From: Zygophlyctis sp. KS116
Taxonomy: Eukaryota > Fungi > Chytridiomycota
NCBI GenBank assembly: GCA_054661495.1
Contig: BAAFSQ010000017.1
Span: forward strand, 30,001 to 62,000
DNA length: 32,000 nucleotides
Direction: 5' to 3'
In this document: piece after piece, positions 1-9,576 of the stretch
Position numbering within the stretch: the stretch's first letter is position 1
Layout of the letters: each line of letters starts with the position of its first letter
Position numbers and translations under genes: made by a program
The notes under the pieces: model-generated
Databases searched by the model: none
What the model saw: only the letters and a program-made list of their open reading frames with translations
Told to the model about the DNA's origin: nothing

Positions 1-54
1 TTCTATCCATTCAGTATTAATTGTTCACAAAAATTTAATCGCTTCTATAAATAG

Positions 55-107
55 AATTGTCTGGAAATAGACTTGCCACGAGAATAGCACAACACGTCCA
101 AATTTAG
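55..107 (+). CDS. possible terminal exon of a gene entering from the left edge
   Basis: After a TAG acceptor at 52-54 the frame reads (x)LSGNRLATRIAQHVQI* with stop TAG at 105-107, 1 nt from the ALG2 stop, matching the tight convergent packing seen elsewhere. No family recognised. Confidence 0.3.
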
Positions 108-108
108 A

Positions 109-1543
109 TTAAAAACGAAGCGCGTACGCGTTTCTTAACCAAGAACCAACTAATAGCACAGCAAGACTCAAAGAAATTACAAAGATCCAATTAAGATTTT
201 GGGATTGCAGTACTAATTTCAAATGATTCTCCAAAGATAAACTAAATGAATCAGATGAAAAGAGTTTCTTAACCCGCTCTGCACCAGCCTTTTTAAATGC
301 AACCAATTCATCATTTGAGAGTGACATAATTTTATCCATTGCAACAGCAAATGCATCCGGATTAGGCTCAACTAAATAACCTGTACTTCCATTAACTACA
401 GACTCTTTAGGACCACCATTATTGACAGCAATCACTGGTAAACCCGAGATCATTGCTTCCACTGGTACAATACCAAAATGTTCAAACGAAGGAGTGTATA
501 GCAAACACAGAGATGAAGAGAAAAGAAAAGACCTTTCAGATTTTGTAAATGAAGGAAGAAATAAAACTGGAGCATCCTTTAAACAGTCTCTATCCGAAAA
601 TTCCATTTTAAGATCAACCACGAGATTCTTTAATTCTCTTAAATATTCTACATTTTCAGCAACTAGTGAATCATAACCTCCTTTGACTAATGAAATTTCT
701 AATATTACCTGCAATCACCAATTGATAATTCTTTAAAACTTTTGAACCTAATAAAGCAAAAGCCTTTATAGCCAATTCAATACATTTTTTCCTTTCAAAT
801 CTATTAATTGACAAAAACCTGATTCTAAATCTAAAATTATAAATTACAATATAGAAAATTACGTTTTTAATACTGTTAATTCTACGTGATCTTGACCATA
901 AGATTCTATATTGATACATGGATATAAAACCTTTGGAATTCTAGAAATTAAAGGAAATGCATCTTTAAAAACAGTTGCTGTAAACTGACTATTCACTAAA
1001 ATTTCATCAGCCATTCCTATTCTTAAATATTTCCCTCTTACCTGTTGTCCATTGTTCTAGCGCATCTATAGGCAACCTATAAACTTTTTTAATCCAAGAT
1101 TCTCTTTTAGCAAGTAATTTATCTGGAAAATGACAATAAAACAAAATCTAGAATAAATTTCCACTAAATTACTTTTGTACTCGGACAAATTATTTTGAGT
1201 AATACTAGCCCAGCAGACAACTGATCAACAAAATACACGTCTCTCTTATACCGCCAACAATATAAAATAAGAGAAATCTGTCTAATAATCGCAAAAACAA
1301 TTTTCCCCTTTCCCAATACTTGTTGAGGCCAAAAATCACCAAAGACTCTTACTACTAAATCTTTTTTAATTAATTAAATTGTAGTCAAATACCTCTAGTC
1401 TCTTCAAAACAATGATCCTTATCATGATGAGAAGTAAATATATCAACTTGATGACCTAATTTCTGTAATCCAATTGCAGCATCCACAACAAGCCTTTCTG
1501 CCCCACCAATCCCTAGATCTGGATGTATAAATGCAACTCTCAT
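109..1543 (-). CDS. ALG2: alpha-1,3/1,6-mannosyltransferase (GT4, lipid-linked oligosaccharide synthesis)
   Basis: Motifs [67 protein letters not shown] and a C-terminal TM helix. Introns 1361-1392, 1148-1172, 1017-1041, 831-862 and 681-708 restore one frame. Confidence 0.96.
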
Positions 1544-1592
1544 CAATTTCAAATTAGGTTGTAAATCTACACACAACTCTAAAACTATAGTA

Positions 1593-1910
1593 ATGAATCA
1601 GTCACTCATTGAAATCCTTGATCTTGTGGGAGAATACCAATCCATTTCTAACTCTAGAAATCTCCACTTAAAAAAAGCATATATCCTCTTGTCTAAATCT
1701 AAAATCTCAATGGGGACATTTGATCTATCTAGTTTTTATGATTATAGATCCATTAAATCTAAAGATCCATTAACCCAATTTGGCCTTCTTCTCCCTCCTT
1801 GTCTTTTAGAATCCTCTAAAATCTTTAAAAAAGCCATTGAATATAATTTACATTTGGCAGAAATTTCTAGACAAATTTCCTGTAAATTAGCAAATTTCAA
1901 CAAGATTTAA
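1593..1910 (+). CDS. VMA22: V-ATPase assembly factor Vma22/CCDC115-like (105 aa, intronless)
   Basis: N-terminal helix L..EYQ...L...AY..LSKSK and the [13 protein letters not shown].....F..A motif typical of Vma22/CCDC115. Confidence 0.75.
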   Translation: MNQSLIEILDLVGEYQSISNSRNLHLKKAYILLSKSKISMGTFDLSSFYDYRSIKSKDPLTQFGLLLPPCLLESSKIFKKAIEYNLHLAEISRQISCKLANFNKI

Positions 1911-2539
1911 TGTCTTTTAACTTTATCTGACACATTTTTTAAAGAATCTTGATAGTCTTGATCTTCTTTTTTCCAATTTTCCATATAAAGAGACATTTTA
2001 TCTTGTTGATTTTCTAGAATAGAAATAGTATTTGAAATTTTAACAGAATAATTTGACAAATCTAGAATTAAATCTTGTAAATTTCCAGAATTTCTAGAAA
2101 TTACAGAATTTATAGTCAAGAATTTACTAGTATCTTGAATATTAATTTTCCCTTGTATTCCCTTACTAGTCAAGACTATAATTAAAAATTCTACCAAATC
2201 CTGTTCAGAATTGCAATGAGTAATAGATTTTAGAGTCTTGAAATCCAAAATACTTTTTCCATTTGCAATTTCAATCAAGTCTAGAATCAATAATTTCTGA
2301 ATAATTTCTCTTGATTTTGATGAGGGAAGTTTAATAGGATTTTTAATATATTCAGAGTATCCACTACAAGTCATCAAGTTCAAGAGACTCAAGACTGGTT
2401 CATCTTTTATAATTTTAGAAGCAATTTCCAATAAATTTGTAAAATCATAAAAATTCAAATCACTTATAATATCCCATAAAATCTGAATACAAACAGTCTT
2501 TGGAGTATTTTTCTTTAGTAATTCTATTCCCTGGTGCAT
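1907..2539 (-). CDS. PCI-domain protein, COP9 signalosome subunit 7-like (divergent)
   Basis: ATG at 2539 (MHQGIELL). Pattern YDFTNLL...LLNLMTCSGYSEY...KLLILDLIEIA...DLVEFLII...IQGKIN...SRN parallels CSN7/eIF3m PCI domains, followed by a C-terminal coiled coil. Confidence 0.65.
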   Translation of the reverse strand: MHQGIELLKKNTPKTVCIQILWDIISDLNFYDFTNLLEIASKIIKDEPVLSLLNLMTCSGYSEYIKNPIKLPSSKSREIIQKLLILDLIEIANGKSILDFKTLKSITHCNSEQDLVEFLIIVLTSKGIQGKINIQDTSKFLTINSVISRNSGNLQDLILDLSNYSVKISNTISILENQQDKMSLYMENWKKEDQDYQDSLKNVSDKVKRH

Positions 2540-3142
2540 TTCTTTTCTTAAATTCCTAGGTTTTACATTGTTGACTAGGGCTCTCTCATAGTTTTGCAAG
2601 GAGAAATGTTTTCTTGGATTTCTTCCAAAAAGGATTCTTTTGAAAAAATTCTCTTTGATTTAGAAAACAAGATCAAGTCTCAAGAATCTAAATTATCTAA
2701 AATTCTCTCACAAGAGACATTTTACTTGAAATCTCTAAATTCTCTCTACTCTCTCTTCTTAATCTATCTGATTATTACAATTTTAGTCTCTTTTTTTATA
2801 AAATTCTCTCCTGTATTCGTGATTTTTCTTTAGTAATTCTATTCCCTGGTGCATTTCTTTTCTTAAATTCCTAGGTTTTACATTGTTGACTAGGGCTCTC
2901 TCATAGTTTTGCAAGGAGAAATGTTTTCTTGGATTTCTTCCAAAAAGGATTCTTTTGAAAAAATTCTCTTTGATTTAGAAAACAAGATCAAGTCTCAAGA
3001 ATCTAAATTATCTAAAATTCTCTCACAAGAGACATTTTACTTGAAATCTCTAAATTCTCTCTACTCTCTCTTCTTAATCTATCTGATTATTACAATTTTA
3101 TTCTCTTTTTTTATAAAATTCTCTCCTGTATTCGTGATTTTT
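2507..3142. repeat. 315-bp direct tandem duplication (2507-2821 / 2822-3136) with ATTTTT junction microhomology
   Basis: The copies are identical by eye except G2786 vs T3101. ATTTTT occurs at 2507, 2822 and 3137. Confidence 0.95.
2606..2833 (+). pseudogene. truncated 5' copy of lunapark (75 aa) created by the duplication
   Basis: Same N-terminus as the gene at 2921, ending at TAG 2831-2833 just past the duplication junction. Confidence 0.75.
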
Positions 3143-4031
3143 GGGATTTTAATTCCTGTGCTGATTGAAATTCTAAAGAAAATTACTGAATTTTACTATT
3201 CTGCTAGAAAACAGAATTTAGAGACTAGTCTAGAAAAATTAAAACTTTATCAGTTGGAAAAGGTATTTTTTTTAGTTTTTTTTAGATTTTAGATTGAAGA
3301 ATTGAAGAATAAGACTGCGTATTATACGACTAAAGGGCTGATTGAACGGTATGAGACGCCGTTGAAGAAGAATGAGGCTGATTTGCATTCCCAAGGGCAA
3401 CAAGGGCAGGAAGTACATGATAAAGTACATGATAAAGTACAGGAGGGTGTAAATGGAAATGGAATTGAAATGGATAGAATGAAAAATTCAAGTTTTGAAA
3501 CGCCAAATATGCAAGTGCGGAAAAGTATTTCAAGTATTTTCTAAAAAAAAAATTTCTAAAATTTTAGATTCATCGTCAGTTGGAGTCTTAATGTCACCTA
3601 GTAGATCTTGGGTTGATAGGATTTTAGATAAAGTAATTGGAGAATCAGGTCAATTTTCTAAATACGCCTTGATTTGTGAATTTTGTTTAACTCACAATGG
3701 GCTGGTGCTGCAAGAGAATTTTATAAAACAGAGTTTTAAATGTATGGGATGTGGGCAGGTTAATTTATCACAAGAAGAAAAGGTAAAGAAAATTACTGAA
3801 AGTCCGGTAATTCGTCAGGAGACAGAGATATCTTCTCCAATTAGGAATAATATTAATACAGATAAATCTCTAGTATTGGAAGATTTAGAATCTCTAAAGA
3901 CTGAAAATTCACTAAATTCAAAAGAAAAAGTAAATGGAAATCACTCTTCACCTTCATTAACACCAACCTCATCAGTAGAAAAATTAAAGAAGAAATCATC
4001 TTCTAAATTAAAGAAGAGAATCAAAAGATAA
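2921..4031 (+). CDS. LNP1: ER junction formation protein lunapark
   Basis: FEKIL..LE..I, two TM helices, K.KTAYYTTKGLIERYE, SWVDRILDKVIGE and the zinc finger YALICEFCLTHNGL...FKCMGCGQVN. Introns 3263-3292 and 3534-3567. Confidence 0.93.
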
Positions 4032-5654
4032 ATTAGCTTTAAGAATTCCAGAAATTTGTGTTTTACTTAGTCCGGCTCTTTCCAAATCAGTCATTTGAAG
4101 AAATGGTCCATTTAACGATTGATCTTGCAAAAGTTTTAACGCACGCTTGTCTCCAATCATTTTAAGTGATTTCATATCTTTAAGATTTCCTGAATTTAAT
4201 ATTTTCAAGATCCTTTCTTGTGCCTCGATTTTCAAGTCGTCAAAAGTCGACGATTGCTTTAATTTTCTTTGAATTTGAGCATATAATTCAACTTGAGCAA
4301 CTGGATCTATCCTTTCTAGAATTTTTAAAAGTAGTTCAGAGTCTGTTGATTGCGGTTCTTTAGACTGTAATGAATCAATTTGTTGGCGTAAATGAGTACG
4401 TTCTTGCAGTAATGGATCAATAATGTCTATCTTGAGTTCTTCCAGTTTTTTTTGAAGCCTCTTGTCCACTTTACTATCAAAATCAGATTGAGAACACGAT
4501 CCTGAATTTTCTTGATTTACAATATTTGTTGAATTCTCCTTCAGTATCAAATCGTTCCCTGTCCTTGCCTTTTTCCATTTTAAAAATTCTGCAAGTCTAT
4601 CTTGATTATATTCCTTCTTTGGTATTTCATTCACAACAGATACATTTTTAATAAGTGATGATTTAGACGCAAAATTGAGAGTATTATAAGTATCAAGATA
4701 ATTTTCATCTTCAGGAGATATACAAGCAATCATTATTCCTATAGCTTTTCCTCCTAATGAATCTTGTAAAAGTCTAGTTATTTTAGAGTCTCTATATGGT
4801 ATTCTTGGCAAATTCTTGTTTAATGCTTCTACTACTTGCCCAAGCACGAAAAGAGACTTATTTATAGCCCCACTTTCTGTCATTCTTATCCCAACATTTC
4901 CAGTTCTTTTATTATCTTCTGAACCTGCTAAATCAATAAGATTAATCTTTGAACTAAATCTTTTCCCATTTTTTTCAGTTAAAAGTGAGATTTGTAGAAT
5001 AAAATGAGATCTTGAAGAAGATTCATTTAATTTTGTAGCAGCAGTTGATCTCTGTTTATTTGCTTTCCTAATTTCACTTTTAAATCCAAAAACTTACTCA
5101 TGATACGTCCAAAATTCATCCATAGACTTTATACTTGTTGACACTAGTCCAGAAACCACTATATTTTTACTTCCTTCTCTTAAATCCAGTGATGCATTAG
5201 AATTAGCTGTTAAATCTAAAATCTTGTCATTATAAACTTGCATCCATCCAACCGACACGTCCAGTACTTCTGTAGCAGATAGCAAGAAATCAATAGTTTT
5301 TGGAATTAAACCAAAATCATTTCTATTTCCATTAATTGTATGAGTTTTCCCAGACCCAGATTGTCCATATGCTTTCTATTACATTTTATAAAATACCAAA
5401 AATCGTTAAATTCCTTCCTAGAATAGCTTGTCCCAAATCTTTTGTTAAAGCGTTAAATACTTGTAATTGTCCTGTTTCCGGACTAAATACATGATCAAAT
5501 CTTTGTTTAGTTTTATAAATTACTTGAAATGTAGCTTATTAGATAGAGTTCTTGGACAAACTATACTTATTGTATCATCATTATTGAGAGCAATGCAAGA
5601 CTTTTGAGACGTTGGACGTATACGTACACAGACTTTAACTGGAATTGTAGACAT
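4008..5654 (-). CDS. kinesin-10 family (KIF22/Kid-like) motor with C-terminal helix-hairpin-helix DNA-binding domain
   Basis: VKVCVRIRP, P-loop FAYGQSGSGKTH, NESSSRSH, LIDLAGSED, IPYRDSKITRLLQDSLGG. HhH tail ILNSGNLKDMKSLKMIGDKRA...GPF...DL. Introns 5501-5523, 5372-5396 and 5068-5097. Confidence 0.9.
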
Positions 5655-5659
5655 TAAAT

Positions 5660-6343
5660 TTAAAAAGTTCCGTTTAATAGCTCTCTCAAGAATTCTAGAA
5701 TATCATTCTCATCTACATTCCCCTTATCAATAATAAACTTGTAGACTTGATCTTTATACTTATCAAGATGAATGTATAGAGAGTTTACGTGCCACAATTG
5801 CAATTCTTGTTGTAAATTATCCATAATCTTGTTTACAGTGTCCGAATTTAAATTAGAAAACTTTGAATGTGACATTGATATCCAATGATTTTGTAATATA
5901 TAGTCTTTAATGTCTTTTTCTAATTTAGAGAATTGTTTTTTAGCATCTTGTTGCAATGCAAGTCTTTGAACTTGTTCCAAGAGTCTTTCCTGTCTCTTTT
6001 TATTAAATTCCAGAATATCTAATTCTTCCTGTCTACGTCTGACTTTCTCTAATTTAGCATTTTGCCGTTCTTTGGCCTCTTGTCGAATTTCTAGTCTTAA
6101 TAACTGATCTTGCTTTACAGACTCTAAATATTCTCTGTATCTCTTGGCATCTTCCTTTTTAGCGATATTTGCAGCCTTCTTCTTCCCCATTTTCTTACTA
6201 GAAGAACTGCTCTGATCATTGTCAACAAGATCCACCGGCCCATTCACAATGACTTGTGCTCGTCGAGATATTCTCTGATTATAAGAAATTATGAAAATTA
6301 TTAGACATAGTACAAGAAGTAAAGGTAAAATCTCTAGAAACAT
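5660..6343 (-). CDS. DDRGK1/UFBP1-like ER membrane protein (degenerate)
   Basis: N-terminal TM anchor, KKMGKKKAA..AKKE..KRYRE, a charged coiled coil and a winged-helix-like C-terminus (IKDYI...YIHL...V..FI..KG.V). The literal DDRGK motif is absent. Confidence 0.6.
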   Translation of the reverse strand: MFLEILPLLLVLCLIIFIISYNQRISRRAQVIVNGPVDLVDNDQSSSSSKKMGKKKAANIAKKEDAKRYREYLESVKQDQLLRLEIRQEAKERQNAKLEKVRRRQEELDILEFNKKRQERLLEQVQRLALQQDAKKQFSKLEKDIKDYILQNHWISMSHSKFSNLNSDTVNKIMDNLQQELQLWHVNSLYIHLDKYKDQVYKFIIDKGNVDENDILEFLRELLNGTF

Positions 6344-6355
6344 ATCCTAATTTTA

Positions 6356-7694
6356 TTATTTTAGTGTAGAAGACTGTCGTTTTTTAGAATTGATTCGTGA
6401 TTTTTCACCAAATTTACTTTCTAGTAATTGCATTCTTGCAACTCTTTTGGCTAATCCTACCTTGTTTAATAAATCTAATGCATCGTCTTCTGATACATCA
6501 TACTCTTGTAGTTTTTTTCTAGTGAGATCTTCAATACTTTTAATAATATTTAAGTCTTTTTCAGTCACTATTGATAGAGATAATCCACCACGTCCAGCTC
6601 TAGCAGTACGTCCTATTCTATGAATATAGTCTGTAGGATTAGCAGGAACTTCATAATTTAAAACTACTTGAACAGTTGGGATATCAAGACCTCTTGAAAT
6701 TAATAAAAATAAAAATTACCTGCTTCCAACATCAGTCGCTATTAAAATCTTTACAACATCACTCTTAAATTTTGCTAAAGAACCCAATCTATCATTTTGT
6801 GACATTTTAGAATGTAAAGCAGTAGAACGAATTCCAAGTTCTTTTAATAATAGTCTTAAACTTTCTGCAGTTTTACATTTTCCAGTAAATATTATAATAG
6901 TTTTATCAGAGAAATCATTCATCAAGAGATAAGCTAAATATGTATCTCTTACAGTTGACGGAATAAAGATATATCTTTGATCTAATTTATCAACCGTATC
7001 ATAATGTTCATTTGTTGTAAAAACTTGAGGTTTAGAGGTTGCAGAAAATTGTAGAGATTGAATTTCTGGAGTCATTGTAGCTGTAAATAATAGATTTTGT
7101 CTTTTAAGAGGTAATTTACCAAGAATCACTTCAAGATCATTTGCAAAATTATCATCTAGCATTCGATCCGCTTCATCCAAAACTAGAAATTTAATTCGTT
7201 TAAAGTGAATAGAATTAGCGCTGGAATGTATATGATCTACTAGTCTTCCAGGTGTAGCAATCACAATATGAGGTTTTTCTGCTAATTCTAGAGCCTGACT
7301 CATCATATCCATTCCTCCAACAACAACAGCCAACTTTAAATGTATTCCTGATCCAAGAATTCTAAACTGTTCTGCTATCTGAAATGCTAATTCCCTTAAA
7401 TAAGTATAGTTTAAACTTACCGAGTGGGCGTCAGTACCAATGCAAATACTCCAAAGGGATCAGCAGCCAATGTTTGTAGAATTGGAAGAGCGAATGCAGC
7501 TGTTTTACCAGATCCAGTCTTTGCGGATCCAATTACATCATGTCCTATGTTTAGATTATTCAATTACCCTTGAGTATTGAAGGAATGCAACAAGATTGGA
7601 TTTCTGTTGGACTTGCAATGGATAAACTAGATAAAGAAGATATAAGCCAAGGACAAAGACCCAAATCTTCAAATGATTGATCTTGATGGCCCAT
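6356..7694 (-). CDS. DBP8: DEAD-box RNA helicase for 40S biogenesis (Dbp8/DDX49)
   Basis: Q-motif FEDLGL..W...[72 protein letters not shown]. Introns 7545-7567, 7395-7420 and 6693-6719. Confidence 0.95.
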
Positions 7695-7712
7695 TATTTT
7701 TTTTAAAAATTT

Positions 7713-9250
7713 TCAATCATGAAACTCTGCTTCAATTTCAGAAGGATCAAATCCTGGCATGGGGAAAGATCTTGCAAATGATTCAACTCTTGCTTTCAAG
7801 TCTGCAATTTTTGGGTTGTTTTCCAAGGCTAATACAAAATCTTTCAACATCTTTCCAGAATTTGATTGAATCGAGAGTGCCAAAAGACAAGCCTCGTGCA
7901 AAAACTCTCCAATTTGTTCAAAATCAGACTCTTTAAAAGCACGAGATGTAAGGGCAGGAGCTCCTATTCTTACACCGCCAGGAGTCATTGCGGAAACATC
8001 ACCATGAACAGCATTCTTATTTAAAGTGATACTAGAAATTAATAAATTTATAAAATACCTGACTGCATCACAAACTTTTTCCATTTTTGATCCAGTAAGT
8101 CCCAAAGGTCTTAAATCCCATAATAAAAGATGATTATCAGTAGATCCAGTAACAATTTTATAATTCTTTCCACTTAAAGTACGAGATAAAGCCTGTGCAT
8201 TTAAAATGATTTGTTTAGCATAATCCCTAAATTCAGGAGTCACAGCTTGTTTAAGAGCAACAGCAACACCAGCAATAGTATTATTATGAGGACCACCCTG
8301 ATTAGAAGGGAAAACAGCAAAATTCATTTGATTTTCAAACACCTTCTTAAAGAATATTAAACCTGCTCTTGGACCACGTAAAGTCTTGTGAGTTGTAGTA
8401 GTTACAACATCAGCATATTCAAATGGATTCGCAGCAGCTTTACCAGCAATTAATCCTGAAATATGAGCAATATCAGCCATCAAATACGCACCACACATAT
8501 CTGCAATCTTTAAATTTAGTATGTATAAAAATCTTAGAGTCAGATACCGTTGTAGTCTTTAATAAGTAATATGCACATGTTTACTTTCACTACTTTTTGC
8601 ATCATCATTCTCAAAATGACAGATTTTATAATTATTTTGAATAAAAATACCTTTCTCAACCACTTATAATCCCATTCTCTTGGATAAGCACTTGCCCCAC
8701 AAATAATCAATTTTGGACGATAAACAATTGCAGTATCTTCTAGAGCTTGATAATCAATAATACCAGTTTCCTTATCCACCTTGTAAGGGAATGATTCAAA
8801 GTAAATTGCGGAAGAAGAAATCTTTTTTTTAGCAGTAGAATAACCGTGAGTTAAATGACCACCTGAAGGTAAATCTAGACCCATAATTCTATCATGTGGA
8901 GCCAATAGACCAGTGAAAGCCGAGAAATTAGCTGTTGAGCCAGAATAAGGCTGTACATTTACTCCCCATTCTTCCTTGTTTAGATCAAAAGCTTCCAAAG
9001 CTCTATTTCTACATAAATCCTCGACAATATCAATATATTCATTACCTCCATAGTATCTTGCGCCCGGAAGACCTTCCGAGTATTTATTAGTCAATGCCGA
9101 ACCATTTGCTTCCATAACAGCTAAAGAAGTGAAATTCTCTGATGCAATAAGTTCCAGACAAGAGTACTGACGCCATTTTTCTTTTTGAATTAGAGCATAT
9201 ATTTCAGGATCTTCTTGTTGCAGACGAGTATTAAGACCAATCTTTGTCAT
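7713..9250 (-). CDS. SHM2: serine hydroxymethyltransferase, probably cytosolic (no presequence)
   Basis: [44 protein letters not shown]-lysine motif [18 protein letters not shown]. Introns 8508-8650 (143 nt) and 8032-8058. Confidence 0.97.
8535..8614 (-). ncRNA. snR79: intronic box C/D snoRNA, snR79-like (guide for 18S rRNA Cm1007, yeast numbering)
   Basis: Box C ATGATGA (8608-8602), box D CTGA (8543-8540), short terminal stem GAG/CTC. The guide AAGACTACAACGGTAT directly 5' of box D is complementary to the conserved 18S segment AUACCGU(C/U)GUAGUCUU. It lies in the only long intron of the window. Confidence 0.88.
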
Positions 9251-9576
9251 TTTTACTTTTTTTGGTTAGGTACTGGACTGGTTCGGCCGATCTATGCATC
9301 AATACAGTTACCAATCTTTGCGATCTACTGATATGATTTAGCAATAATGAATTAGTAGTCTAGCCACCATACAGATGCATCAGTTATTCAGTAATCAGCA
9401 ACACGAGAGCAATCAGCAACACGAGAGCACGAATGCATCAGTAATTATGGGAATTGTCGGATTCTTTTAGTAGTATAATGTACCAATACAAACGACGATA
9501 ATGAAATATTAAAGTGGTGCAAGTAATGCAAGACAAATCTTGCTAGGCGGAAGGTTTTTGGCTTAAATTTTGATAA
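9251..9576. promoter_or_regulatory. divergent promoter region between SHMT and the ELYS-like gene
   Basis: Largest non-coding gap in the window. Contains ATGCATCA three times (9294, 9375, 9433) and an 18-bp tandem repeat. Confidence 0.6.
9393..9428. repeat. 2 x 18-bp perfect tandem repeat AATCAGCAACACGAGAGC
   Basis: Read directly at 9393-9410 and 9411-9428. Confidence 0.95.

Noticed and set aside
3411-3441. 12-bp tandem repeat in lunapark (VHDK-VHDK-VQ)
   Set aside because: Ordinary in-frame slippage in a disordered linker.
5655-7712. Spliced-leader trans-splicing acceptors in the operon-like spacers
   Set aside because: Only one of the three spacers contains an AG before the ATG and there is no shared pyrimidine tract. 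Not supported by sequence alone.
9393-9428. CRISPR-like array
   Set aside because: Only two adjacent copies, no spacers, eukaryotic context, no cas genes.
9251-9450. Riboswitch upstream of SHMT
   Set aside because: No TPP, THF or ZTP consensus elements recognised.
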